Both the position numbers and the translations under genes were made by a program. Positions 23,401 to 31,336 of a stretch of 32,000 nt of DNA are shown piece by piece. The notes beneath the pieces are model-generated. The model worked only from the letters and a program-made list of their open reading frames with translations. It was not told the origin of the DNA and searched no databases. Position 1 is the stretch's first letter. Every line of letters begins with the position of its first letter. This DNA is from an archaeon (GTDB lineage Archaea > Iainarchaeota > Iainarchaeia > Iainarchaeales > CSSED10-239). The stretch is from the NCBI GenBank assembly GCA_041657425.1, contig JBBABY010000002.1, positions 30,001 to 62,000 of the forward strand. Direction: 5' to 3'.

Positions 23401-26297
23401 TGCTTACCGCCAATCCCACCATTTAATTGTTCTTGTTCTTGAGAAATTAAAGTTTTAGTATAATTATTATAATGCCCATCTTGCACAACAGACACATTTA
23501 AAGTATTCAGATAATCTTCTGTTATAACTAACGGATATTTATTCGATGTTTCTACACCTTTTGAATTAATATTAAGAATATAACCATCTTGTATATCAGA
23601 ATAATCCTCTATCTTCTCTGTAATTTCTATTCCAGATTTAACAGAATTACTTTTAGAAATAAATAATTCATTATTATAGTTATAACTTACTGGATTAATT
23701 GTTTCTTTGAATAAATTATTATATGCAAAATAACTATTATTAGAATAATAATCTATACTTCCAAGAAATAAAGAATCAGTAATTTCTTCAATACTATAAT
23801 TTGCGTCTTTTTTATCTGCATCTGCTATTTCTAATCTTATAACATATGTCTTAGGATCAAAGATTTGAATCACAGAATTATAATTATCTAAATTAAGAGT
23901 CCAATTATTGGATAAAAAAGGAGTATATTTATTTGTAAGAATATTATTTGTTTCTGCATCTAAAGCTCCGAAAGGTTTAAAATTGTAAATATAATAATCT
24001 AATCCTTCTGCATAGAAAATATTTGTAAAACCAGAAATTACTTGTGATTGATTGTAAAGATATCTTAATTGAGAGTCTTTTTGATTATTTGCATCTGAAA
24101 AATATGCCAATTGGTTTTGTTGATTATTTAGATAACTTTCAATTGTAAATTGATAATGAGTGTGATAATCTGTAGATTTATAATATTCGTTTGGTAAATA
24201 AACTACAGAAAAATATTTATCAAAATCTTTATCTGTAACTTTAGGTTGCCAATTGTAAAGATCAACAACAGTTAATTTCGTTAAAGGTTCAGGAAGAGCC
24301 AGAAGTATTTCTTTTGTTTGGGCAAGAGAGTCATCAATTGTAGTATTTGTTATTTTATTTGCTTGAGAATTGATATCAAAATCTAAACTTGTAAATGTTC
24401 TAGCAATCAATTTATTTTTCCCTAACCTTAACTTAATTCCTCCAAGTTCTGTAAATTCTCTAGATTTTATATAATCTAATTTCTTTGAACTTGCGATTCT
24501 AAACTGATCTTGATCTATATAATATTCTCCATAATCAAATATCCCAGAATAAATCTTACTTTCATCCCATTCAAAGAACAATCTATTCATTCCAAATGTT
24601 TCTAGTGCTTTATTAGTAAATCCTCCAATAGATTTGCCATCAGGAACTAAACACACATTTGATTTATCCATTATATATTCAACAATTAGTTTTTTCTTTT
24701 CTTCGAAAATAGATTTGCCACAATTTGAAAATCCATTTTCATTAATTCCATAATCTTTTATATCACAAGAAGGGCAATAGAATTCAATTATATTTCTATT
24801 TGTTTGAAAAATATTATATTTTACAAACTGTTCATTTGTTAATTGTAAAATATTGGAACTATATACTCCCGTAACTATAAAATTAGAATCAACTTCAATT
24901 ATTTGCAAAGAAAAATTAGCCACATTTGCTTTTAATTCTAAATTTAATTTATCTCCTTGTTTTGAAATAGAATTTCTATCAATCTTAATATATTGAGTAA
25001 GATTTTCTTTTGTAACTGTTATCTTAGAACTACTTTTTACAAAACTAGTCATTACTGGAATGGTTTTAGATTGAGGCGCATCAATTGCAACATATATTTC
25101 TTTTGTTGTAGTAGATGGGTACAGCCCAATACTTAAAATCTTGTCTTTTGTAACATTTAAATCAGTTATAACAAAAGTTCTTAACATATTGTAAGAGTAT
25201 GGTTTAAAGATTTGTGTTTCTTCTTTTCTAGTATAATTAATATCTAATAATTTATAACTTATTAGTTTATTTGTATCAAAAGTTTTATTACTTCCAATAT
25301 CTGAATCAAAACTAGAATTAATTAAAATATTTTCAAAATTGGAATTTGTATTTTCTTCAAGTTCTATTGAAGGAATTATTTCAATAGTAACTAAAGAATT
25401 ATCTAATTCTCCTTCATTTCCTGTTATCCCCTCAGGCACTAGTACATTTGGCTCTTCTATTGTTTCCGTAGATTGTTCTGTATTAAAAGTTACATTTATA
25501 TTAAACTTAGAAGATTCTATATTTTCTAAATTAAACATATTTTCTTCAGAAACAAATCTATTTCCAAAAATATCTCCCGCATATTTGGTGTTTTTTTGAA
25601 TTGCCTTTTTATCAACTGTTGAAGATATATCTTCTCTTGAAAATATATTTTTTCCAATATCATACCTTGCAATATAAACATTAATCTGAGTGGTATCTTT
25701 TGTAATCTCATTTTTCGCTATAACCCCTTTAGCAATTGCAGACTCTAATTGTTTTAAATTAAAGTATTTCTCCTCAACTCCCGAATCTTGTATCCCAATA
25801 TAATTTTCTTTAACGCCAGTATTTGAAATATAAGATTTTAAGAGTAAACTCCCACTTTGATTCTTTTCTAGATCTATATTTTTTATTTTAAATAAAGTTA
25901 TATTATCTTTTATTCTACTATCTATATTTTCTAATAATTGAAAATTACTTTCTTTATAATCATACATCATCTTAGACATTTCATAATCGCTCATTTTTGT
26001 AGCTAGCGATTCATTTGTTTTATCAAAATAAACAATTGCAATAACAATGTCTGTTTCTTTTAGATCATTTGTTTTATCTATGTAATCTATTTCTATTGTT
26101 TTTTTAATTGTTTTTTCATCAAACTCATCTGTACTTTCAGTTATTTCTCCAAACACTCGACCAATTTGTATTCCATTTTCTACAACTTTAGAATCAGAAA
26201 CTAAAGAAAATGAAGAATTATATATATTTAAGGTGTTTGCATAAATTGGAGTAATTAAAAGTATTAAAATCAAGAAAAATAATATTTGTTTTCGCAT
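20454..26297 (-). CDS. Giant secreted protein (1947 aa): unknown Asn-rich N-terminal about 1180 aa, then NlpC/P60-like, YkuD L,D-transpeptidase-like and SLT lytic-transglycosylase-like domains
   Basis: Uninterrupted 5.8-kb ORF with the signal-like N-terminus MRKQILFFLILILLITPIYA. Motifs are NFCSAFV...YSHVVIYLG..AHYIAHSWG (NlpC/P60-like), KTPIGLFKI...IYIHGTN..KSLGCIRM (YkuD) and SIAQESGTS...YGIAQIEK (SLT). Its stop is 1 nt from the stop of the convergent EndoIII-like gene. Confidence 0.9.
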   Translation of the reverse strand: MRKQILFFLILILLITPIYANTLNIYNSSFSLVSDSKVVENGIQIGRVFGEITESTDEFDEKTIKKTIEIDYIDKTNDLKETDIVIAIVYFDKTNESLATKMSDYEMSKMMYDYKESNFQLLENIDSRIKDNITLFKIKNIDLEKNQSGSLLLKSYISNTGVKENYIGIQDSGVEEKYFNLKQLESAIAKGVIAKNEITKDTTQINVYIARYDIGKNIFSREDISSTVDKKAIQKNTKYAGDIFGNRFVSEENMFNLENIESSKFNINVTFNTEQSTETIEEPNVLVPEGITGNEGELDNSLVTIEIIPSIELEENTNSNFENILINSSFDSDIGSNKTFDTNKLISYKLLDINYTRKEETQIFKPYSYNMLRTFVITDLNVTKDKILSIGLYPSTTTKEIYVAIDAPQSKTIPVMTSFVKSSSKITVTKENLTQYIKIDRNSISKQGDKLNLELKANVANFSLQIIEVDSNFIVTGVYSSNILQLTNEQFVKYNIFQTNRNIIEFYCPSCDIKDYGINENGFSNCGKSIFEEKKKLIVEYIMDKSNVCLVPDGKSIGGFTNKALETFGMNRLFFEWDESKIYSGIFDYGEYYIDQDQFRIASSKKLDYIKSREFTELGGIKLRLGKNKLIARTFTSLDFDINSQANKITNTTIDDSLAQTKEILLALPEPLTKLTVVDLYNWQPKVTDKDFDKYFSVVYLPNEYYKSTDYHTHYQFTIESYLNNQQNQLAYFSDANNQKDSQLRYLYNQSQVISGFTNIFYAEGLDYYIYNFKPFGALDAETNNILTNKYTPFLSNNWTLNLDNYNSVIQIFDPKTYVIRLEIADADKKDANYSIEEITDSLFLGSIDYYSNNSYFAYNNLFKETINPVSYNYNNELFISKSNSVKSGIEITEKIEDYSDIQDGYILNINSKGVETSNKYPLVITEDYLNTLNVSVVQDGHYNNYTKTLISQEQEQLNGGIGGKQQTTIIYPYSKPNLKMAPILLKSNSPLLFNWVDVDFDKNETEYIYKINGTDNQKQNISSIIADISLGNKCFVFKDDEFLVWNNIDSFIEGNKNQIYADSPINQMQVTTQNKLFQETVFSNTSVQPTTQFAIYIVPNENQNNAVAQESAQIYLNNVIIDKKLETLKNNYLVYSKLNKSVPEFNKYFEFDNYNICNVVKTIDNKNLFKPTFKLSCVSQTPTIVTKDFWLNPKVNFCSAFVRNFAIFQFGYNFDSANAWNLSVQKNNISLWSSDKGLLEENWNYLIPGAILGIKHLNTSYVDKKYSHVVIYLGKIGNAHYIAHSWGTRFKIEKLDAFLKTVARGRNDYGLYEDGEIREIMISKDLYAQIKNKAKEEGISLGKFEMESVEELPSYTFDSFNTQFASISAQKTAIDKQMYKDLESTYNEILAKQFDIYYKKNYANENSIEYDNQIILDNNKAMIIILAKYKRLFLVKKTQGKIQIIGQHLISTGVNGFGCENDSSKTPIGLFKIIAKQGKDCEKLQIIGQNGCETENGKPVFATLNSGVAKVVTRKLFLDGLEKGNIGVGCEIGNRNTVYRGIYIHGTNYEKFMGQQKSLGCIRMLNNDVITLFNSVPNGTYVYISNKSSGLGKLLEIEESLITDDIEYSLVAARKPIIKSSIPKKTMTDVDNYINNLISNFRMLNDNTSVSLNYAYKCNIIDPKFPCFLKSALDVEYEAHVVKPQSSEFNYIVFRVTKAFNYSLEETAQFWGSIAQESGTSTNITGSQSQYGNALIGKPAYGIAQIEKAPWKQYEANKYTFDEMVNDFRDADLSSIIEKDSKIGDVTKLTGNLKTIDSRKEIIALLDLVWTNQSKYASVVFSAGLKRYIGRRLIDNSQENYIAGRIREPFWGSHKNVYDHSDSINFNFAVIYKYKYTGTLVMYSGIKLYSSELDGGIGTIKTITLKLANYFAFKKEYYMYYYGLKTKEQSSLISTLSNAHGGKLPK

Positions 26298-26390
26298 TAA
26301 TCATCACTTATTTTTAGTTAATATATATTATATAGTATATAAGGTTATTTAAATATATTTTAGTCTAGTTTCTCCTTTGTTGCAGTATTA

Positions 26391-26415
26391 TTCGCTTAGT
26401 TTCGCTTAGTTTCAC
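26391..26415. repeat. Tandem direct repeat TTCGCTTAGT x2 plus partial third copy (TTCAC) in a divergent intergenic region
   Basis: Read directly: 26391-26400 and 26401-26410 are identical 10-mers, followed by TTCAC. The overlapping short palindrome TTAGT-TTC-ACTAA spans 26406-26418. Confidence 0.6.
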
Positions 26416-26515
26416 TAAAGGTACTTAAATAACAAAAATCAAGTGTTTGTATAGAGAGGTTTAATTAACCTATTCCCCAAAAAGAAAAGAAAACTAAAAA
26501 GAAGATGAAATAAAA

Positions 26516-26635
26516 ATGAAAAGATTACAATGCCCAATGAGAAAAGTAAGAATGTATTCTTTAGCCATTTTTATCTACCTTACTTTAGTATTTACTTTTC
26601 TAATAACAATATTAAGATTAAGAATAAGATATTAA
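26516..26635 (+). CDS. Small TM peptide, 39 aa (MKRLQCPMRKVRMYSLAIFIYLTLVFTFLITILRLRIRY)
   Basis: Hand-translated, with a basic N-terminus and one TM helix. Its stop is immediately followed by GGAGG (26636-26640), the SD of the next gene at 26649. Confidence 0.25.
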   Translation: MKRLQCPMRKVRMYSLAIFIYLTLVFTFLITILRLRIRY

Positions 26636-26648
26636 GGAGGAAATTAAT

Positions 26649-27674
26649 ATGACAACAATAAACAAAATCATGACCTTATTTGTTTTAGCAATACTTGCTT
26701 TAGCAATAACTCCAAGGTTATTTGCGAATGAACTTAACGCAACTAGTTTTCAAACTAACAATACAAATATAAGTTCACAAAATTCAAACTCAAAAAATTA
26801 CAACTATACAATGTATAAGATAGAAATACCTTGTGCAATTGATAGAAGTAAAATTATATTGCCTGTAAAAACAGACGGGGATATTTCAAATGACACAACT
26901 TACAAAGTAATGTGTAACTCAAGCGCTTATTTCAATCAAGAAACAGGGATATATCATTTAAAAAAAAATGAAGGATATTATGTAAACGTAATATTAACTA
27001 ATGATTCTTTAAATAAAACTGATATTTCAGAAATTTCTGCAGTTACATTAAATATATATCCAGAAAATGCAAAAACTGCGTGTTTTACAAAAACAATGAA
27101 TGTCGATCCAAACAATAAGATTAAATTTGCTACAAAATTTAGTTATGTACATGAAAACGATTCAGAAACATTTGGATTAGAAAATATGACTGGTTTAATT
27201 GAATCTTGTGGATTAAATACAAAATTAATCTTTCAACCAACAATTACACAAAATAACGGAAATGATCTTATAATTCAAAATACAGGAGATATTCAACGTG
27301 TAATCATTGATTCAGACAATTCAAACATTATTGCAGAAAATGCAAGAAACAAAGAAATAATCTCTAATGAATTGAGTACAAAGCCAAAGGAACAGTTAAC
27401 TACTGCTTCAAAAGCAAATAAAGAAAGAGCATCAACTATTTTCATTTCTAAAGAAAATGTTACTCAAAAAGTAATTGATATTTCTCAAATATTAGAAGTG
27501 AATAAAATTGCTTCAAATAAGGTTGTTGGAGATATTACTTTAGAAACAGATTCTGATGTTCCAACATACGTCTTTGAAGTTAGAGAAAGAAGAAAATTAT
27601 TTGGATTTATTCCTTTCGGTAAAGAAAAGATAATCGAAAAGAGAATATCTGCAATCAAAGAGATAAAGGAATAG
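26649..27674 (+). CDS. Secreted Asn/Thr-rich protein of unknown function (weak PepSY-like C-terminus)
   Basis: 341-aa ORF with the signal peptide IMTLFVLAILALAITPRLFA and a strong GGAGG SD. The C-terminal VPTYVFEVRERRKLFGFIPFGKEK weakly resembles PepSY-type YxVxV...GxxxxIPV segments. Confidence 0.6.
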   Translation: MTTINKIMTLFVLAILALAITPRLFANELNATSFQTNNTNISSQNSNSKNYNYTMYKIEIPCAIDRSKIILPVKTDGDISNDTTYKVMCNSSAYFNQETGIYHLKKNEGYYVNVILTNDSLNKTDISEISAVTLNIYPENAKTACFTKTMNVDPNNKIKFATKFSYVHENDSETFGLENMTGLIESCGLNTKLIFQPTITQNNGNDLIIQNTGDIQRVIIDSDNSNIIAENARNKEIISNELSTKPKEQLTTASKANKERASTIFISKENVTQKVIDISQILEVNKIASNKVVGDITLETDSDVPTYVFEVRERRKLFGFIPFGKEKIIEKRISAIKEIKE

Positions 27675-27748
27675 TTTTTCCTTTTCTTTTCTTTTTTTAT
27701 TTAAAACAATTATATTAAAAACATTAACTACTTTAATCTTGAGTATAT

Positions 27749-28648
27749 ATGTTTAAAAAAAGACTTACAATAATTGTTTTGTTACTAATATTACTGATTA
27801 ATTATAATTATGCTTATTCTATAATTCAACAAGACACTACAATTGAAAACGATAGTTTTGATATCTATAAATTTACTGATCACTTAGCTATTTCAGACAT
27901 AAACTCAGAAACAAAAGAATTAGTGTTTAATATTCCGCCAGTTTATGACTTAATGGTTAAAATAAATGGAATCAAACACACAAATATTTCATACACAACA
28001 GACACACTTACAATTAATATATCCAATCTTTCTATTTCGAATAAATCACTAAATCTAGATTTGATATATCTTACTGATTACTATACAAGTAAACAAGAAG
28101 GAATTTGGCAATTATCTTATATCTCTAGATATGCAAATAAACTAGGTAATATTGAAATAACATTGCCACGAAATAGTAAACTAAATAACACTTCTGAAAA
28201 CCCAATTGCTATAGAAACAATAAACGATTCTTTAATTCTTAAATTTTCTAACCTCAATAGCATTACTATTGATTATATTAATACTCCAACTAAAACCAAT
28301 AATTATTCTTTTACCCTTATTACTAGTATTATTATTCTTGTTATTGGAACAATTACGTTTATCATCTTTAAACAAAAGAACAAAAAAGAAAAAACAATTG
28401 TTCAAAATAAAAGCACTAATGAAAATCTTCTTTTAGGATTAAATGAAAATGAACAAAAGATTATGAAAATAGTTATTGCTGAAGAAGGACAAACACAGAA
28501 AAGTATTTCTGGAAAACTCTTACTTCCAAAAGGCACAATCTCAAGAAATATTCAAAAACTAATTGATAAAGGGTATCTTGAAATTAAGAAATACGGAATA
28601 AGTAATAAAATCTTCCTTGGAGAAGTATTCAGGAAGAATCCTAAGTAA
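27749..28648 (+). CDS. Membrane-tethered winged-HTH transcriptional regulator (COG2512-like: extracytoplasmic domain - TM - cytoplasmic wHTH)
   Basis: 299-aa ORF. It has an N-terminal signal or anchor, an Asn-rich region of about 165 aa, the TM helix FTLITSIIILVIGTITFIIF, and then LNENEQKIMKIVIAEEGQTQKSISGKLLLPKGTISRNIQKLIDKGYLEIKK, typical of MarR/ArsR-like wHTH. Confidence 0.7.
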   Translation: MFKKRLTIIVLLLILLINYNYAYSIIQQDTTIENDSFDIYKFTDHLAISDINSETKELVFNIPPVYDLMVKINGIKHTNISYTTDTLTINISNLSISNKSLNLDLIYLTDYYTSKQEGIWQLSYISRYANKLGNIEITLPRNSKLNNTSENPIAIETINDSLILKFSNLNSITIDYINTPTKTNNYSFTLITSIIILVIGTITFIIFKQKNKKEKTIVQNKSTNENLLLGLNENEQKIMKIVIAEEGQTQKSISGKLLLPKGTISRNIQKLIDKGYLEIKKYGISNKIFLGEVFRKNPK

Positions 28649-28696
28649 AAGAAAGTATATTTAATATCTTGTTTCTATTATCTATTGGTGATGTTT

Positions 28697-29170
28697 ATGA
28701 ATAAAATAATTATTGGAATTATTATGGCAATAGTTGTAGTGTCTGGAATTGTTGTAGGCTTTTTCTTAGCAAACAATCAAACAGACAACGCACAAATAGC
28801 AAATCCTGCTTCAGTTAATTGTGAAAGATTAGGGGGAACATTAACTATTGTAACTCAAGAAGACGGTAGTCAAATAGGAATGTGTACTGCTTTAAATGGA
28901 TCACAATGTGAAGAATGGGCGTTAATGAGAGGAGATTGTACATTAAGACTAGATACAATACCTCAAGGAAACCTAAGTACTTGTACAATAGATGCAGACT
29001 GTATTCCTTTACCTTCAGAATGCCACGCAAAAACGTGTATTAATAAAATATATGAAAAACAATTTGTAAAACCAGAAGTATGTACCCTGATGTTTGATAC
29101 AACTGCTGCTTACAATCCTGCGGATTGTGAATGTGTTACTAATACTTGTGTTAATAAGAATATTAACTAA
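28697..29170 (+). CDS. DUF333 (putative hemolysin-type) domain protein with additional Cys-rich C-terminal domain, N-terminal TM anchor
   Basis: ANPASVNCERLGGTLTIVTQEDGSQIGMCTALNGSQCEEWALMRGDC matches the DUF333 pattern (NPAsvyC...GG...G.C.fpdGs.CeEWaf.RGeC). The C-terminal half has 8 further Cys. The start is set at ATG 28697, with GGTGA 5 nt upstream. The ORF-track start at 28685 is a TTG. Confidence 0.65.
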   Translation: MNKIIIGIIMAIVVVSGIVVGFFLANNQTDNAQIANPASVNCERLGGTLTIVTQEDGSQIGMCTALNGSQCEEWALMRGDCTLRLDTIPQGNLSTCTIDADCIPLPSECHAKTCINKIYEKQFVKPEVCTLMFDTTAAYNPADCECVTNTCVNKNIN

Positions 29171-29368
29171 TTCTTTTATTTTTTACGATTATTTCGCACA
29201 AACAACAAAGAGTATCACAAATTGATTATTTAAAACAAACTTTAGTTTTATAAAAAAGTAAAAAACACAACTAATATTAAACAATTAGAAATAGTTACAT
29301 TCAGAATATACAGTCTCTGATTAAGGCAGTGTTTAAATTGTGGCAGACTAAAATAAAAAACTAGCAAG

Positions 29369-30349
29369 TTATTTTTGAATCGTATAATTATTCAATAAAT
29401 ATGCTATATCTGAAACTTCTTTTTTAAATAAACAATCTTGGTGATTATTAATTTCACAATTTAAATTTTCTAAATTTAATATCTTTATTGGTAATTCTTC
29501 ATTATAGAAAATTTTGGATTTTTCTATTATAATTCCAATTATTCTACTATCTGTAATCGCTATATTTTTAGAATTAAGTTTGAATTTCAAAAATATCTCT
29601 ATAATTTCTTTTGCTACTTCTATTTTTTTAAATTCAGTATTCCCTTTTTTATTTAAATCTACATCATCAGTATTTACATTTATTAAAAAAATACCTTTAT
29701 TACATACGACAACAAAATCTATTTTTAAAGATTTCAATTTCAATTTTTTTATTTGTGAGATTTTCTTATCATTGATTGTCACTCCACAAAGAACTATAAC
29801 CTCTGAATTAAATTTTGATAATTCATCTAATGTCTCTATTTCCATTTTCGCTTTTTTATATAATATATCAGATTTAAGTTCTTCTAATATTTTAATCTTA
29901 TTTAAAAGTGTTTTTTGTCTATTAATAAAAATAATCTCTGGGTTTTTTTTAAAATCAAATAATTCCTTTTCAGTATTTTCTATTATTGCATTAATTTTTT
30001 TAAATTTATTCGGCCACAAATATTGTTCTAAATACCACTTTTTAAAAAAACCAATAAATTGTAAAAATTTATTTTTTTGTTCTTTTATCTGTTCTAAATC
30101 TAAGTCTTTGCTTTTATTTAGATTATCAAATTCTTCATGTAATTTATTTATTTTTTCTTGAAGACGTTCTAATTCATAAGATTTATTTTCAATAAATTGG
30201 TTTTTTTCTAGAGTTATATCGTTAATAAACTCTAAATACATCTTGTCTATTTGATTAACAACACAATTATTTGTTTGTAGTGTTATAAAATCTGGAGATT
30301 TATGTAACAAATCTATATCCGATCTAGAAAAACCATATATTATCGTCAT
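29369..30349 (-). CDS. Hypothetical coiled-coil protein with NERD-like (nuclease-related) C-terminal region
   Basis: 326-aa ORF, very AT-rich. The central part is a Lys/Glu/Asn coiled-coil-like region. The C-terminal AKMEIETLDELSKF...VIVLCGV...KIDFVVVCNKGIFLINVN resembles the NERD pattern (GxxGExxV..L..., then IDhlvi...gifviEvK), but the acidic/Lys core is imperfect. Confidence 0.4.
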   Translation of the reverse strand: MTIIYGFSRSDIDLLHKSPDFITLQTNNCVVNQIDKMYLEFINDITLEKNQFIENKSYELERLQEKINKLHEEFDNLNKSKDLDLEQIKEQKNKFLQFIGFFKKWYLEQYLWPNKFKKINAIIENTEKELFDFKKNPEIIFINRQKTLLNKIKILEELKSDILYKKAKMEIETLDELSKFNSEVIVLCGVTINDKKISQIKKLKLKSLKIDFVVVCNKGIFLINVNTDDVDLNKKGNTEFKKIEVAKEIIEIFLKFKLNSKNIAITDSRIIGIIIEKSKIFYNEELPIKILNLENLNCEINNHQDCLFKKEVSDIAYLLNNYTIQK

Positions 30350-30489
30350 AAATACATAGATAACAGATACATTTAAAATCCATTATATTTTTAAAAAATG
30401 AACTAAATCGTTTAATGATTTAATATTCGTCAGGAATCTTTATCAATACACAAGTGCACAGTATTGCGCATGAAGTCTTTATTAATTAA

Positions 30490-30714
30490 CTTGGAATTCA
30501 TTCCGCGCAGAGATTATTACTCAACACAGAACTGTTTGTTGTTGCAATTGGCGGACTTTAAAAGTTTATCTGGAATGCTCTAAAATGGATGTTTGCTTTT
30601 GATAAAGTACTTATTGGAATAATCTTAATTGGATTAATTGGTTTAATAATGGAAGAACTAGTCTTTAGAAAAATAGAAAATTCAGTTCATAAAAAATGGG
30701 GAACTGAAAACTAA
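30490..30714 (+). pseudogene. Relic of a NitT/TauT-type ABC transporter permease (C-terminal about 70 codons, in-frame TAA)
   Basis: Hand translation gives LGIHSAQRLLLNTELFVVAIGGL*KFIWNALKWMFAFDKVLIGIILIGLIGLIMEELVFRKIENSVHKKWGTEN. This parallels permease C-termini (..AAELi.A.sGLGylIw.A......d.v.agm..IgliGl..d.l...le). A TAA at 30559-30561 interrupts the conserved GLGxxIW region. There is no upstream continuation and another stop lies at 30487-30489. Confidence 0.45.
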
Positions 30715-30716
30715 CT

Positions 30717-31004
30717 TTATTTTTTTACAATTATTTTATTATATAATATTATTAATTGTATTAATATCAATATTCCAAAAACAATCCAAAAAATAGTATT
30801 AATTAAACTAACATTACTACATCTTTCTGTTGCATTAATTATTGGAAGAGTACAGTTTTTTATCTCTTGTACAAAAGAAATATAGGTTTCTCCTAAAAAT
30901 CCAAAATCAACTCTACTGATTTTTACATATCTTAATGCAAAAAGTAAAGCTGCAACAAAAAGCAACTTAAAATCCCATAAATTTAATTCTTTTGTTTTAT
31001 TCAT
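30717..31004 (-). CDS. Small membrane protein (2 TM), unknown function
   Basis: 95-aa ORF with AAGGAG upstream of the ATG and two hydrophobic helices flanking a Cys-containing loop. Confidence 0.45.
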   Translation of the reverse strand: MNKTKELNLWDFKLLFVAALLFALRYVKISRVDFGFLGETYISFVQEIKNCTLPIINATERCSNVSLINTIFWIVFGILILIQLIILYNKIIVKK

Positions 31005-31026
31005 ATTTTTTTCTCCTTTTAAATTA

Positions 31027-31314
31027 TTACATCACTCCAAAGAATTTCAGAACTAAAATCACTCCAAGTCCTGCTAAACCAAAGATTGCACATACAATTA
31101 ATGTTATTACAATTGGTAATTTTATTCCTATTAATAAACATATACCAACACCAATAACTCCAACAATACTATTTATTAGAAATTGCCCAAAATTTGCAAT
31201 AATTATAATTGCTATAATTATTAAAATAATACCTACAATCAAACTTATTGGATTATGTACTAAATTAACAACTGATCCAGAAACTTCTTTTGCTATTATA
31301 TTTGCATCTACCAT
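31027..31314 (-). CDS. BofA-like small integral membrane protein
   Basis: 95-aa ORF with AAGGAG upstream. FLINSIVGVIGVGICLLIGIKLPIVITLIVCAIFGLAGLGVILVLKFFG resembles the pro-sigmaK processing inhibitor BofA family pattern. Confidence 0.45.
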   Translation of the reverse strand: MVDANIIAKEVSGSVVNLVHNPISLIVGIILIIIAIIIIANFGQFLINSIVGVIGVGICLLIGIKLPIVITLIVCAIFGLAGLGVILVLKFFGVM

Positions 31315-31336
31315 GTTTTTCTCCTTTTTAAGTTCT

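Noticed and set aside
28685-28696. TTG start of the DUF333 ORF as listed in the track
   Set aside because: A GGTGA SD-like element overlaps these codons and is correctly spaced for the ATG at 28697. That start still retains the whole TM anchor.
29514-30161. 215-aa plus-strand ORF antisense to the NERD-like gene
   Set aside because: Its Phe/Ser/Ile-rich translation is typical of the antisense of Lys/Glu/Asn-rich coding sequence. It is shorter than the minus-strand ORF, fully contained in it, and has no SD.
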